Shown here in pieces: positions 14,026 through 23,724 of a stretch of DNA of 24,378 nt (the stretch's first letter is position 1; each line of letters starts with the position of its first letter). Under the pieces are notes generated by a model. The model ran no database searches and was not told where the DNA came from. It was given only the letters and a program-made list of their open reading frames with translations. This stretch comes from an uncultured virus (IMG/VR IMGVR_UViG_3300047462_000030) (taxonomy: Duplodnaviria; Heunggongvirae; Uroviricota; Caudoviricetes). A program made the position numbers and the translations under genes. The stretch lies in the IMG/VR virus record IMGVR_UViG_3300047462_000030; one strand, written 5' to 3'.

Positions 14026-16157
14026 TGGATTATATCAACGGTGGTGGTAATGACATTTATTTCGCAGCTAGAGAGCCAGAAAAGCTTGCTAGCGACGCTT
14101 TAAATAAAGCCCAAAGCTTCTTTAATCTATTACGAGCCAACTCCTACTTAGAAAAACTTCAACGTATGTGGAGAGCTTATCATGGAGCTTATGAGAATGA
14201 CTTAGGATTTGGTCATAGAGTAAATTTTTCTGGTGAACAAGGCGAATTAGTACAACTTCCTGTCAATCACTTTAGAAACCTTGCCCGACATATCTTGGTT
14301 ATGATTACTTCTAACCGTCCTATAATGGATGCTAGAGCTATCAATACCGATTATAAATCACTTGCTCAAGCTAACCTTGCTAACGGTATTTTAGATTATT
14401 ATATGCGAGAAAAAGGACTAGAAGACGTTCTAACTCGCGCTGTTGAATATGCAATTGTCCTTGGATCAGGTTTTATTAAACTTGCCTGGAACTCAATGGG
14501 TGGTAATCTCTATGATGCTGACCCAGAAACTGGTGAATTTACTTACGAAGGTGAGCTAGAATTCACAAATCTTTCTCCATTTGACGTTGTAGTTGATGGA
14601 ACAAAAGAAACTTGGGATAATGATTGGATTTTGACAAGAACATTTCAAAATAGATTCAATCTTATGGCTAAATATCCCGAATTAGCCGATAAAATCAAAG
14701 GAATTCCTCCTAAAAATCAATCTGCTGTATATCGTTTAGCTGTTTGGTCTAATGATGACACTGATGATATCCCTGTTTATGAATTTTACCATAAACAAAC
14801 TGAAGCACTTCCTGAAGGTCGATACCTTTTATTTCTAGATGCTGATATTATTCTATTAGATGCCAAGATGCCTTATAGAATGATCCCAATTTTCCGCATT
14901 GTTGCTGGTGAAATCCTTGGAACTCCTTATGGTTACTCGGATATGTTTGATATTTTTCCGATTCAAGAGTCAATTAACTCTCTTTATAGTACAATTATGA
15001 CCAACCAAAACGCATTTGGTGTTCAAAACTTGTATGTTCCTCGTGGTGCTGACATTGCTGTTAATCAACTTGAAGGTGCAATGAACATTATTGAGGGTAA
15101 TATGAAGCCAGAACCTCTCAATTTGACTCAAACACCTGCAGAAGTATTCAAATTTTTAGAAATGTTGGTGCAAGCATCAGAAACTTTATCTGGTGTTAAC
15201 TCAGTTGCTCGTGGTAATCCTGAAGCTTCTCTTAAATCTGGTACAGCTTTGGCCCTTGTTCAATCAATGGCTTTACAGTTTATCTCAGGTTTACAACAAT
15301 CTTACGTTAAACTTATTGAATCTATTGGAACTGCCATTATTGGTATTCTAAAAGACTTCTCAATGACTCCTAAGCTTATTACATTGGTTGGTAAAAACAA
15401 TAAACCATTGTTAAAAGAATTTACTGGAGACCAAGTATCTGAAATTAATAGAGTTGTTGTAGATATGGGTAATGCTTTATCAAGAACAATTGCTGGTCGT
15501 GTTCAAATGGCCGAACAATTGCTTCAAATGAAGCTACTTACAAACCCTCAACAATATTTCCAAGTGCTAAATACTGGTCGATTAGATTCAATGTATGAAG
15601 CCGAAATGGATGATCTACTTCTTATTAAACGAGAAAATGAAAAACTCTCTGAAGGTGTTAATCCTCCTGTATCTCCTCTAGATAAACACAGTATGCACAT
15701 TCAAGAGCACAGAGCAGTTCTTGATGATCCTGATTTGAGAAGTAATGATCAACTCAAAACTGTTGTAATGGCTCATATTCAAAGTCATTTAGATGATCTT
15801 CGACGTGTTGACCCAGCTCTTTTAAATTTAATTGGGGAAACTCCTCTTCCTCCTGCTAATCCTGCTCCACAAGGAAGCCCTCCCGGTGGAACTCCTCCTA
15901 ATCCTCCTGGACCCCCTGGTGGACCTCCTAGACCTGGTATGCCAGCTCCTGGACAAGGACAATCAGGTGCCGCTGGTGCAGAAGCTCAAGGCAACATGTT
16001 ACAAAATCCCCAACTAGGACCTATCAATCCTGGTGAAACATTATCAAATGGTGCTAGCCCAATGGCTATGCCAAATATTCCTAAGCCGCCTGGTGTTTTC
16101 AAAAATCTTCCAGTAATGGCAAATCAAATGGCTCCGCCTATTGCGGGAAGGAAATAA
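14025..16157 (+). CDS. Portal protein
   Basis: 710 aa directly after terL; GSGFIK, SPFDVVVD, SGV....G....SGTA portal-like motifs; Pro/Gly-rich C-terminal tail. Confidence 0.85.
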   Translation: MDYINGGGNDIYFAAREPEKLASDALNKAQSFFNLLRANSYLEKLQRMWRAYHGAYENDLGFGHRVNFSGEQGELVQLPVNHFRNLARHILVMITSNRPIMDARAINTDYKSLAQANLANGILDYYMREKGLEDVLTRAVEYAIVLGSGFIKLAWNSMGGNLYDADPETGEFTYEGELEFTNLSPFDVVVDGTKETWDNDWILTRTFQNRFNLMAKYPELADKIKGIPPKNQSAVYRLAVWSNDDTDDIPVYEFYHKQTEALPEGRYLLFLDADIILLDAKMPYRMIPIFRIVAGEILGTPYGYSDMFDIFPIQESINSLYSTIMTNQNAFGVQNLYVPRGADIAVNQLEGAMNIIEGNMKPEPLNLTQTPAEVFKFLEMLVQASETLSGVNSVARGNPEASLKSGTALALVQSMALQFISGLQQSYVKLIESIGTAIIGILKDFSMTPKLITLVGKNNKPLLKEFTGDQVSEINRVVVDMGNALSRTIAGRVQMAEQLLQMKLLTNPQQYFQVLNTGRLDSMYEAEMDDLLLIKRENEKLSEGVNPPVSPLDKHSMHIQEHRAVLDDPDLRSNDQLKTVVMAHIQSHLDDLRRVDPALLNLIGETPLPPANPAPQGSPPGGTPPNPPGPPGGPPRPGMPAPGQGQSGAAGAEAQGNMLQNPQLGPINPGETLSNGASPMAMPNIPKPPGVFKNLPVMANQMAPPIAGRK

Positions 16158-16160
16158 TAG

Positions 16161-16511
16161 ATGTCTCTTCCAATTTATTTATTTAATAAACCAGTTATAG
16201 GGCTCACTAGCAGTGTATCTGGTACAATGACAGCAAATATATCGTCTGTTATCACAAACATTCAAGAAGCTTCTGGATATTGTGTACAAGCTGTATATAC
16301 TGGATCTCCTGTTGGTACAATTCAAATTTTAGCATCTAATGATGGTGTTAATTTTGTACCTGCACCTGGAACTAGTCCAACAGCAGTTAGCGGTGCCGGT
16401 AGTTTTATGTTTAATGTAGATGGAATACACTATGGATTTATTCAAGTGTTATATACGTTTACAAGTGGAACTGGAGCGTTGACAGCATCAGTCAGCGCCA
16501 AACGTAAGTAA
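16161..16511 (+). CDS. Beta-rich putative virion protein
   Basis: G/T/S-rich; ASNDGVNFV motif; in the structural cluster. Confidence 0.65.
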   Translation: MSLPIYLFNKPVIGLTSSVSGTMTANISSVITNIQEASGYCVQAVYTGSPVGTIQILASNDGVNFVPAPGTSPTAVSGAGSFMFNVDGIHYGFIQVLYTFTSGTGALTASVSAKRK

Positions 16512-16526
16512 GACAAGGATTTTAGA

Positions 16527-17129
16527 GTGGCCGCACCTAATCCTTCAAATTTAGACGCAGACCAGTGTATTCGAGGCGCTTATGAAGATGCCACTGGTAG
16601 ATTACGTGTCGATGCTCAGATAACCGCTCCGTTAGATGTTAACGGCGAAGTATTAGTGGATGTCAGAGCAGGTGATGGTGATAGCGTACTTGTTTATGGA
16701 ACAACCAATGGACAAACCACTGGAACTCCACAAGTATTAAAAGTTAATCCAGATGGATCTATTAATGCAGAAGTAACAATAGTTCCATCAGAACCGTTAA
16801 CAATATATTCGGTTTTTAATGCAATAACTTCTGTACCAAATGGTGTGTTAACGCCTATATTGACGTATACAGTACCAACTGGAGCAACAGATTATGTGGA
16901 AGAAATAGAAGTTTCTGGAACAAATATGGCACAGTTTGAAGTTTATATAAATGGTGTGCTAAGTGCAAGACAAAGAACAGGTTTATTAGATTTTAATGCT
17001 ACTTTTAACTTTACAGGTAGCGTACAAACTGGATTACCTTTGACATCTGGAACGGTTATACAAGTGCAAGTTATACAAAACAGACCCGATTTAGGGGATT
17101 ACGAGGCAAGGATGATTTATGCTCAATAA
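16527..17129 (+). CDS. Putative virion structural protein
   Basis: 200 aa; GTG start after AAGGA; C-terminal domain (LTYTVP...F..T...G..I.V) resembles that of 17317-18711. Confidence 0.7.
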   Translation: MAAPNPSNLDADQCIRGAYEDATGRLRVDAQITAPLDVNGEVLVDVRAGDGDSVLVYGTTNGQTTGTPQVLKVNPDGSINAEVTIVPSEPLTIYSVFNAITSVPNGVLTPILTYTVPTGATDYVEEIEVSGTNMAQFEVYINGVLSARQRTGLLDFNATFNFTGSVQTGLPLTSGTVIQVQVIQNRPDLGDYEARMIYAQ

Positions 17130-17295
17130 TTTAGATAAAAAAAAGTTACAAGTAGAACTTCTTAGGGTTTCTGCAGCTAAAGCTGAATTAGAACTCCGAG
17201 TTGATGAAAGACTTGAAGAAATAGAACGAATAAAAGAACATATTAAGATTTCTGAAGCTAAAGAAGTCGAATTAAAAGAAAAATTAAGAAATTAA
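17119..17295 (+). CDS. Small coiled-coil protein (58 aa, absent from the ORF track)
   Basis: MLNNLDKKKLQVELLRVSAAKAELELRVDERLEEI...; fills the gap between two genes; AAGGA RBS. Confidence 0.7.
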   Translation: MLNNLDKKKLQVELLRVSAAKAELELRVDERLEEIERIKEHIKISEAKEVELKEKLRN

Positions 17296-17316
17296 ATCTT
17301 GAAGGAGATATAAAAA

Positions 17317-18711
17317 ATGGCAGATTTTAACAGTAGCTTACCAGTAAGGACACAGAATAATGGTGATGTCGTCATTAACGTGGCCGATGGTACTACAGAA
17401 ACACAGTTACTCGCTATTAGCGCAGCGGGTGCAATTTCATTAACGTCGGGTGGCTCAGTAACAGGTGGAACTGCCGCGTCTGTATCGCAATTGGCTGGGG
17501 GACAATATAACACTGTTCTTCCAACTCTAACAAATGCTCAGCAAGCTTCATTACAACTTGATGCTGCTGGTCGATTGCTTGTAGATATTGGAGCTTCGTC
17601 AGGTTCTGTTTCTGTAACTCAGAGCACAAGCCCATGGGTAACTTCAGATTTAGCCGATGGATCTTCTACTGGCGGTACTGCTGGTACAAAATCCCTATTA
17701 TCTGGTGGTATTTACAATAGTACACTTCCAACTCTTACAACTGGTCAACAAGCTGGTCTTCAATTAGACGCTAGCGGTAGATTACTTGTAGATATTGGCG
17801 CATCTTCTGGATCTATTTCAGTAACTCAAGGAACTAGTCCATGGATTGTTCAAGATTCTGCTGATGGTTCTGTTGCTGCTGGTACTGCTGGTACAAAATC
17901 AATGCTTGGTGGTTTAGTATATAATACTACTGCTCCAACATTGACAAACGGTCAACAAGTTGCTTTACAAGGTGACGTTAACGGCAACTTACTTGTAGAT
18001 TTAAAAACTGCTCTTCCTGCTGGAACAAATAGTATTGGTAATATTGGAACAGTTACAACGGTTACTACTGTAAGTGCTGTTACTGCAATTACAAATGCTC
18101 TTCCTGCTGGTACAAACACTATTGGTACTGTAAACCAAGGTAACGCAGGTACCATTGCTCAAGGTTGGTACTCTAGAATCACTGACGGAACAAATATTGC
18201 GGCTGTTAAAGGTGTTTCGGCCACAGCAGGTGCTACTGACCCTTCTCTTGTTGTTGCTCTTTCACCCAATTCGCCTGTACCCGCTGGCACAAATGCTATC
18301 GGTAGCGTACTTGCTAACTTACAAGTTTCTGGTGCTGCTGTAACTGTTGCAAACCCTGTACCTGTTACAATTACTTCGGCTTCCTCTGGAACTCCAATTC
18401 AATATTATTCAACTTCTGCTTCATTGGCTGCTGGTGCTTCTGCAACTCTTACTTACACAGTTCCTGCCACTCATACATTCAGTTTTGAACGTGCTTGGGC
18501 AAGTGCTTCTGGTAAGATTAAAGCTGTTGTAGCCAATAATGGTAGTACAATTTTTGTAGGGTTTAATAGCACTGCTAATCCCAACATTGATTTTACAATT
18601 ACTGCACCTCCATCGGTTGCTGCAGGAAACACAGTTACCATAACTATTACAAATGAAGATAAATCTGCATTTGACGTTTATGGAACAATTGAAGGAAACC
18701 AAATTAGTTAA
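17317..18711 (+). CDS. Repeat-containing fibre-like virion protein
   Basis: 464 aa, A/G/S/T-rich; three ~69-aa repeats (GG.YN...PTLT..QQ..LQ.D..G.LLVD) and three (L/V)PAGTN.IG repeats. Confidence 0.75.
   Translation: MADFNSSLPVRTQNNGDVVINVADGTTETQLLAISAAGAISLTSGGSVTGGTAASVSQLAGGQYNTVLPTLTNAQQASLQLDAAGRLLVDIGASSGSVSVTQSTSPWVTSDLADGSSTGGTAGTKSLLSGGIYNSTLPTLTTGQQAGLQLDASGRLLVDIGASSGSISVTQGTSPWIVQDSADGSVAAGTAGTKSMLGGLVYNTTAPTLTNGQQVALQGDVNGNLLVDLKTALPAGTNSIGNIGTVTTVTTVSAVTAITNALPAGTNTIGTVNQGNAGTIAQGWYSRITDGTNIAAVKGVSATAGATDPSLVVALSPNSPVPAGTNAIGSVLANLQVSGAAVTVANPVPVTITSASSGTPIQYYSTSASLAAGASATLTYTVPATHTFSFERAWASASGKIKAVVANNGSTIFVGFNSTANPNIDFTITAPPSVAAGNTVTITITNEDKSAFDVYGTIEGNQIS
17452..18000 (+). 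repeat. Three tandem ~207-nt coding repeats
   Basis: Evident in the translation; a fourth copy lies in the next gene at about 18840-18977. Confidence 0.85.
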
Positions 18712-18713
18712 TT

Positions 18714-19700
18714 ATGGCTGATTTACCGTATATCCAACAAAGACAAGAGATTTCGATCACTGGCCAGGATTCGGTTGGTGATCAAGTCAACTACGTTAGC
18801 GCTGATGCTAATGGTAATCTTGCAGTAAAAGACTATGCTGATGGCCCAGTAACACCTGGAACAGCCGCATCTGTCTCAACTTTAATTGGTGGACAATATA
18901 ATAGTACTTTACCAACACTTACAACTGGGCAACAATCTGCCGCTCAATTGGATACTAATGGTATTTTATTAGCTGATGTATATGCAACGGCACCTCCTAC
19001 AGATCAAACTGTAACTGGTACTTTAACTAGTGGTTCATCTGTTGTCACCATCAATTTAAATGGAGCAGCATCTTTAAATATTGACGTATCTGGTCCTGGA
19101 TTTGTTGGAACAATAATGGTGCAAGTTTCTGAACCTTCAAGTGCTAGAAGTTTACCTTTATTTGCAATAAGTTCAAACCTTTATACAGCAAGTATAACTA
19201 CAAACGGAAGTTATCGTGTAGCTTCTTTAGCTGGTAGTGGAACTGTAAACGTAATGTTTACTTCATATACTTCTGGTAGCGCTAATATTCTTCTTAGATC
19301 ATCTACTGCGCCTTATTATGTTCAACCTTTTAATATTAATGCTGGTAATTTATTAGAAACATCATACACTAATGATGGTTCTGGTAATCCTATTGCTTCT
19401 TATAATTCTCAACTTGATACCGTAGATATTATAAATACTGCCCTTTCTAGTGGTAGCATTACAGTAGGAACAACAGCGGTAGCAGCTCGTGTTAGTACTT
19501 CAAATCTTGCAAATCGTAAAATGCTTATGATTTCGCCTGTAACTTATACAGTTTATATGGGATCTAGCTCGGCAGTTACTACTGCAACTGGAACTCCAAT
19601 ATATCCAGGCCAAGTTGTATCTTTTTCATTTTCAGCAAACGTAACGCCATATCTAATTGCTGCTACTTCAGGTACAGTGAATATATTTGAGGCAAGCTAA
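18714..19700 (+). CDS. Fibre-like virion protein sharing one repeat with the upstream gene
   Basis: DGPVTPGTAASVSTLIGGQYNSTLPTLTTGQQSAAQLDTNGILLAD; beta-rich remainder. Confidence 0.75.
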   Translation: MADLPYIQQRQEISITGQDSVGDQVNYVSADANGNLAVKDYADGPVTPGTAASVSTLIGGQYNSTLPTLTTGQQSAAQLDTNGILLADVYATAPPTDQTVTGTLTSGSSVVTINLNGAASLNIDVSGPGFVGTIMVQVSEPSSARSLPLFAISSNLYTASITTNGSYRVASLAGSGTVNVMFTSYTSGSANILLRSSTAPYYVQPFNINAGNLLETSYTNDGSGNPIASYNSQLDTVDIINTALSSGSITVGTTAVAARVSTSNLANRKMLMISPVTYTVYMGSSSAVTTATGTPIYPGQVVSFSFSANVTPYLIAATSGTVNIFEAS

Positions 19701-20638
19701 TGGCTCAAACTGGATATTTTTCTTCTACCCAAACATTACAATCTATTTATAGTAATTTTACACAAGGTAGTGTAGTATTTCAAGGTTCTGGAACGTCTCT
19801 TGCACAAAATAATGCAAATCTTTTTTGGGATAATACAAATAATAGATTAGGTATTGGAACAAATGCTCCAACATCGGCTTTACAAATATCTGGTAGTGCT
19901 GCTAGTAACGTAAGTGCTAATATAATCAATAGTTTAACTTCTGCTAGTAATAGTGTTAGTTTTAATGCAATAAATGATACAGGAAATACAGGTTCATTAT
20001 CTATTTTTAGTAGTACTTTTTCTGCTACTTATCTTCAAAATGTAACTCGCGTAGCTGGTACAAAATCTTTATGGCTTGTTAGTGATGTTAGCAATGCTAG
20101 TGGTGGTACCGATTCAATAGTGTTTTCTGTTGGTGGTTATAATAATATAACAGCCGAAGCAACTACAAATGGTTTAACCGCTATAAATTTAACTGATACT
20201 GGAATAGCAGCTTCTAATGCTGGTGCTCCTTTATCAATAACAAGTGGCCAAGTAGTAACTCCTGGAATATATAACACAGAAGTAAATAGTTCTAGTGCAT
20301 TAACTATAAGTACAACAAATGGTGTAATAGGTGGAGCAACAGTAACTCCGGCTGCTGGAACTTATTTAGTTGTATTTAGTTGCAATTTAACGGCTTCTAG
20401 TACAGGTGGTAATGTAATTACTACCCAATTATATGTTGGCGGTACAGCACAAGCTGATACAAAAAGACAAGCAATTCCTCAAAGTGGTGCCGCTTTTGCT
20501 GCATTTCAATATATGAACATGAGTTTAAATAAAATTGTAACAGTAAATGGTTCTCAAGCTATAGCAGTTGAAGCGGTCACAAGCGCTGGAACTATTACAG
20601 TAACTGGTCTTAACTTTGATGTAATAAGGGTTGCATAA
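19700..20638 (+). CDS. Fibre or receptor-binding-like protein
   Basis: NLFWDNTNNRLGIGTNAPTSALQISG fibre motif; C-terminal C1q/BclA-like head (TPAAGTYLVVFS). Confidence 0.75.
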   Translation: MAQTGYFSSTQTLQSIYSNFTQGSVVFQGSGTSLAQNNANLFWDNTNNRLGIGTNAPTSALQISGSAASNVSANIINSLTSASNSVSFNAINDTGNTGSLSIFSSTFSATYLQNVTRVAGTKSLWLVSDVSNASGGTDSIVFSVGGYNNITAEATTNGLTAINLTDTGIAASNAGAPLSITSGQVVTPGIYNTEVNSSSALTISTTNGVIGGATVTPAAGTYLVVFSCNLTASSTGGNVITTQLYVGGTAQADTKRQAIPQSGAAFAAFQYMNMSLNKIVTVNGSQAIAVEAVTSAGTITVTGLNFDVIRVA

Positions 20639-20817
20639 TGAATCAACAAGATATGATAAATGCGTTAACTTCTGCATTGCAACAACAAGATTCTAATGGG
20701 CAATATTATAATGTAACATTAGTGTTACAAACTGCTATAATAAATTCTTTACCTAATTTAACAATAACACAATTACAAAATATGTGTACAATATTAGGAA
20801 TAAATACAGGTTCATAA
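20638..20817 (+). CDS. Hypothetical protein (59 aa, absent from the ORF track)
   Basis: TAATG coupling at both ends; MNQQDMINALTSAL...CTILGINTGS. Confidence 0.65.
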   Translation: MNQQDMINALTSALQQQDSNGQYYNVTLVLQTAIINSLPNLTITQLQNMCTILGINTGS

Positions 20818-20984
20818 TGGCACGTTTAAGAATGGTAAAACCAAAAGTTGCAGGTCCTCACACTTTAACGATGAAACAAGATCGCTATAAGAGAGAATCT
20901 GATAAATATTTTAAAATAACAACTGTAATTAGCGCTATAGCTATTATAGAATTTGCTATATTGATGTATATTAGGTTCAAATGA
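20817..20984 (+). CDS. Small protein with a C-terminal TM helix
   Basis: Start MARLRMVKPK through TAATG coupling; hydrophobic C-terminus. Confidence 0.65.
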   Translation: MARLRMVKPKVAGPHTLTMKQDRYKRESDKYFKITTVISAIAIIEFAILMYIRFK

Positions 20985-21493
20985 ATGTAATTGTTGGCTT
21001 TTCTAGGCCTAATTCATTTAAATTATATGGTTTATTGATTGAAAAAATCGATAATGCTCCATTTGATCATGCTTATATGCGTGTATCAATGAGTAAAATA
21101 GATAGAGAACTTATATTTCAATCTATTGCAGTTGGAGTACAGATTGTATCTGAAAAACAATTTAGATCTATATCAACTCCTGTAGAAGAATATGCTATAG
21201 ACATAACAGATGAACAATTTATTAATTTAATACGATTTTGTATTGATAATGCTGGTAAACCTTATGGAATACTTGATGTTATTGGACTTGGAATAGCTAA
21301 AATTTTACAAAAATTAGGTTTAAAAGCTAAAAATCCATTTAATCAAGGCAATAAAAATGCTTTTTGTTCACAATTAATAGCAGAAGCTTTAAAAAATATA
21401 GATCCTAAAGACTTTAACATAGATTCAAACAACATAAGTCCTAGAAATTTAAGGGATTTACTTGTACAACTTAAAATAAAGAGGGTATTATAA
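20981..21493 (+). CDS. Permuted papain-like (NlpC/P60, YiiX/YaeF-type) peptidase or amidase
   Basis: N-terminal His (FDHAY), GKPY, C-terminal nucleophile FCSQLIA, ISP..L. Confidence 0.8.
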   Translation: MNVIVGFSRPNSFKLYGLLIEKIDNAPFDHAYMRVSMSKIDRELIFQSIAVGVQIVSEKQFRSISTPVEEYAIDITDEQFINLIRFCIDNAGKPYGILDVIGLGIAKILQKLGLKAKNPFNQGNKNAFCSQLIAEALKNIDPKDFNIDSNNISPRNLRDLLVQLKIKRVL

Positions 21494-22036
21494 ATGCCTA
21501 CCAATAAATTTGCCACTACAAAAGACTTTTTAGATAAAGTAAGTCAATTAGAATCAAGTGGTGGTAAAAATACTAACGGTCATATTATGCAAACCGGTAT
21601 TCATGCTGGAAGTTCTGCTATTGGTAAGTATCAAATGATGCCAAATACAGTTAAACAGCTTATAAATCAACGTAGACAAAATGGTACAATCACTTCTGAT
21701 ATGCATGATTTAGATCAAATGACTCCTAGAGAGATGAAAGCATATATTGAAGCTAATCCTGAGATTGAAGAAGATTTAGCTAAAGGTTTAGCCACAAATG
21801 TACTTAGAAAACAAATGGGAGATGAGGATAAAGCCGCTTATGCTTGGAAAATGGGCCATAATTTAGGTCCAAATGACATATCTCAAGACAAAATGAATGA
21901 TCCTAGCACTGCTGGTGGTCAATATGTTGATAGATTTAGAAAAATTAAGAGTCAATTGAATCAAGCAGCACCTCAAGAAGAACCTGAAGAGGCTGACATG
22001 CAAGATCAAGAGGAAGATACAAATGGGGACGAGTAA
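21494..22036 (+). CDS. Lysozyme-like / lytic transglycosylase-like protein
   Basis: LESSGG catalytic Glu, A.GKYQMMP.T, AYAW..G and YV motifs; acidic tail. Confidence 0.75.
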   Translation: MPTNKFATTKDFLDKVSQLESSGGKNTNGHIMQTGIHAGSSAIGKYQMMPNTVKQLINQRRQNGTITSDMHDLDQMTPREMKAYIEANPEIEEDLAKGLATNVLRKQMGDEDKAAYAWKMGHNLGPNDISQDKMNDPSTAGGQYVDRFRKIKSQLNQAAPQEEPEEADMQDQEEDTNGDE

Positions 22037-22226
22037 TACATTCCAAAGTATGCAACCTAATATGAAAGAACAATATTCTGATAAGAAAAAAACTAGGTTT
22101 AGTAAGATAAAGAAGCATTTTGCCAAAAAAGCAATGGCAGAATTGAATGCATCGGCAAATCCCATGGCTGCCTTAAAAGATAAGTCATATCTTAATCTGA
22201 AAGGTAGAAAGGGAGTGGCCGCTTAA
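22023..22226 (+). CDS. Basic hypothetical protein
   Basis: 67 aa; GAGGA RBS. Confidence 0.65.
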   Translation: MGTSNTFQSMQPNMKEQYSDKKKTRFSKIKKHFAKKAMAELNASANPMAALKDKSYLNLKGRKGVAA

Positions 22227-22233
22227 CAACTAT
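22223..22233 (+). promoter_or_regulatory. TTAACAACTAT motif upstream of the scaffold gene
   Basis: Exact copy overlapping the preceding stop codon. Confidence 0.65.
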
Positions 22234-22306
22234 ATGTATCACGCCCATCCCAATAACGGGACGGCTATTTCGCATCTTATCCATGACAGATGCTTAGGAG
22301 ATTAAA

Positions 22307-23260
22307 ATGGCTAATAATAGCACGGCACCCGCTGCAGCCGCACCAGCAGCAACCTCAGAAGCTCCCAAATCAACTGGAATGACCCCTGCAGAAGCCGCAA
22401 TGGTAGGTCAACCAGGCCAAAAAGCACAGGCAACTGAAGCTAAAAAACAAATTATAGCTAAAACAGCCCCTGCAGCACCCCAAAAAAATGTTAAAAAGTT
22501 CAAACTTAAGGTCGATGGTCAAGAATATGACGAAGAAATCGATCTAAATGATGAAGATTCTCTTCGAGAACAGCTCCAAATGGCTAAAGTATCCCGTAAA
22601 AGGATGCAAGAGTTCTCTGAATTACAGAAGCAAGTAGTTGGATTTGTTGAAGCTTTAAGAAAAAACCCAAGAAAAGCTCTTTCTGATCCAAATATTGGTG
22701 TAGATGTTAAGGAATTAGCAGCTAGAATCATTGAAGAAGAGATTGCAGAGTCTCGTAAATCCCCTGAACAGATCGAACGTGAGCGTTTACAACAAGAAAT
22801 TCAGGCAATGAAGGAAGAACGAGATCGAGAAAAGAACGAATTACAAGCTCGTGAGATGGAACGTCTTAAAGAACAAGAGTTTGAACGTATTGATATGCAA
22901 ATTGATCAAGCTCTTCAGAAGACAGATCTTCCAAAAGAGCCCTATGTAGTTAAAAAAATTGCAGAATACATGCTTTTAGGCTTTCAAGCTGGTAAAGATG
23001 TAACTCCTGAAGATGTTTTGCCTATCGTTAGAGAAGAAATCCTGGCTGATATCAGACATTTAGCTGAAGTTATGCCAGAAGACGCTCTTCAAGAGATCTT
23101 TGGTGATGTAATTAAAAAAGTTCGTAAGTCAAATGTTGCTAAAGCTAAACAAAAAGTGGCAGTTGGCTCTAATAAAACGATTGACGTTGCTAAAAAGCCT
23201 GATGCTACTCCAAAAAGCACAGATAAAAAGAAAACTTTTAAAGAATTTTTTGGCGTCTAA
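22307..23260 (+). CDS. Putative capsid scaffolding protein
   Basis: A/P-rich N-terminus, KLKVDGQE motif, long E/K/R coiled coil; upstream of the capsid genes; AGGAG RBS. Confidence 0.7.
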   Translation: MANNSTAPAAAAPAATSEAPKSTGMTPAEAAMVGQPGQKAQATEAKKQIIAKTAPAAPQKNVKKFKLKVDGQEYDEEIDLNDEDSLREQLQMAKVSRKRMQEFSELQKQVVGFVEALRKNPRKALSDPNIGVDVKELAARIIEEEIAESRKSPEQIERERLQQEIQAMKEERDREKNELQAREMERLKEQEFERIDMQIDQALQKTDLPKEPYVVKKIAEYMLLGFQAGKDVTPEDVLPIVREEILADIRHLAEVMPEDALQEIFGDVIKKVRKSNVAKAKQKVAVGSNKTIDVAKKPDATPKSTDKKKTFKEFFGV

Positions 23261-23294
23261 GTATTTGAATTTATTAAGTAATCACTTATGGTTG

Positions 23295-23311
23295 TTGGCA
23301 TGCTTATTGCA
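23295..23311 (+). promoter_or_regulatory. Sigma-54-like box
   Basis: TTGGCATGCTTATTGCA, GG-N10-GC, intergenic. Confidence 0.6.
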
Positions 23312-23314
23312 TGT

Positions 23315-23325
23315 TTAACAACTAT
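23315..23325 (+). promoter_or_regulatory. TTAACAACTAT motif upstream of the capsid-associated genes
   Basis: Exact intergenic copy. Confidence 0.65.
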
Positions 23326-23361
23326 ATGTGAAAAGTATAATAATCTTCGAGGAGAAGTATA

Positions 23362-23724
23362 ATGTCTGTTGGATATAAGCCAAAAAACGAATTAACGCAA
23401 AATCAAGCTCTTGAAGTTCAAGAACTTGTTGTTTGTGGTACTGACTATGCTCTTTATTCAGTATCTGGCAGCGTTATTACCATTTATGTTCGTGAACCTG
23501 TAGCTGTAATTGAAAACGGTTTTATTAAAATCGATTCTTCAAATACTATGCACGATTATTCGAAAGCTAATATGGCTATCGTTGATACAAAAGGTGCTCT
23601 TTCAGGTTATAATGAATTTGGTGTTATGGTTAGTGACCAAGGTGCAATTGCACTTACTGGTGTTAGCGCTCTTAACCCCAATGATTGTTTAGTAGTTAAG
23701 TATAAAGTGGCCGACCACTTATAA
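23362..23724 (+). CDS. Putative capsid decoration/accessory protein, paralog A
   Basis: GAGGAG RBS; end-to-end similarity to 23871-24293. Confidence 0.7.
   Translation: MSVGYKPKNELTQNQALEVQELVVCGTDYALYSVSGSVITIYVREPVAVIENGFIKIDSSNTMHDYSKANMAIVDTKGALSGYNEFGVMVSDQGAIALTGVSALNPNDCLVVKYKVADHL

Noticed and set aside
15832..23692. Alternative-frame and antisense ORFs inside the portal, fibre, lysozyme-like, scaffold and decoration genes
   Set aside because: Leu- or Cys-rich translations typical of off-frame reading of codon-biased genes.
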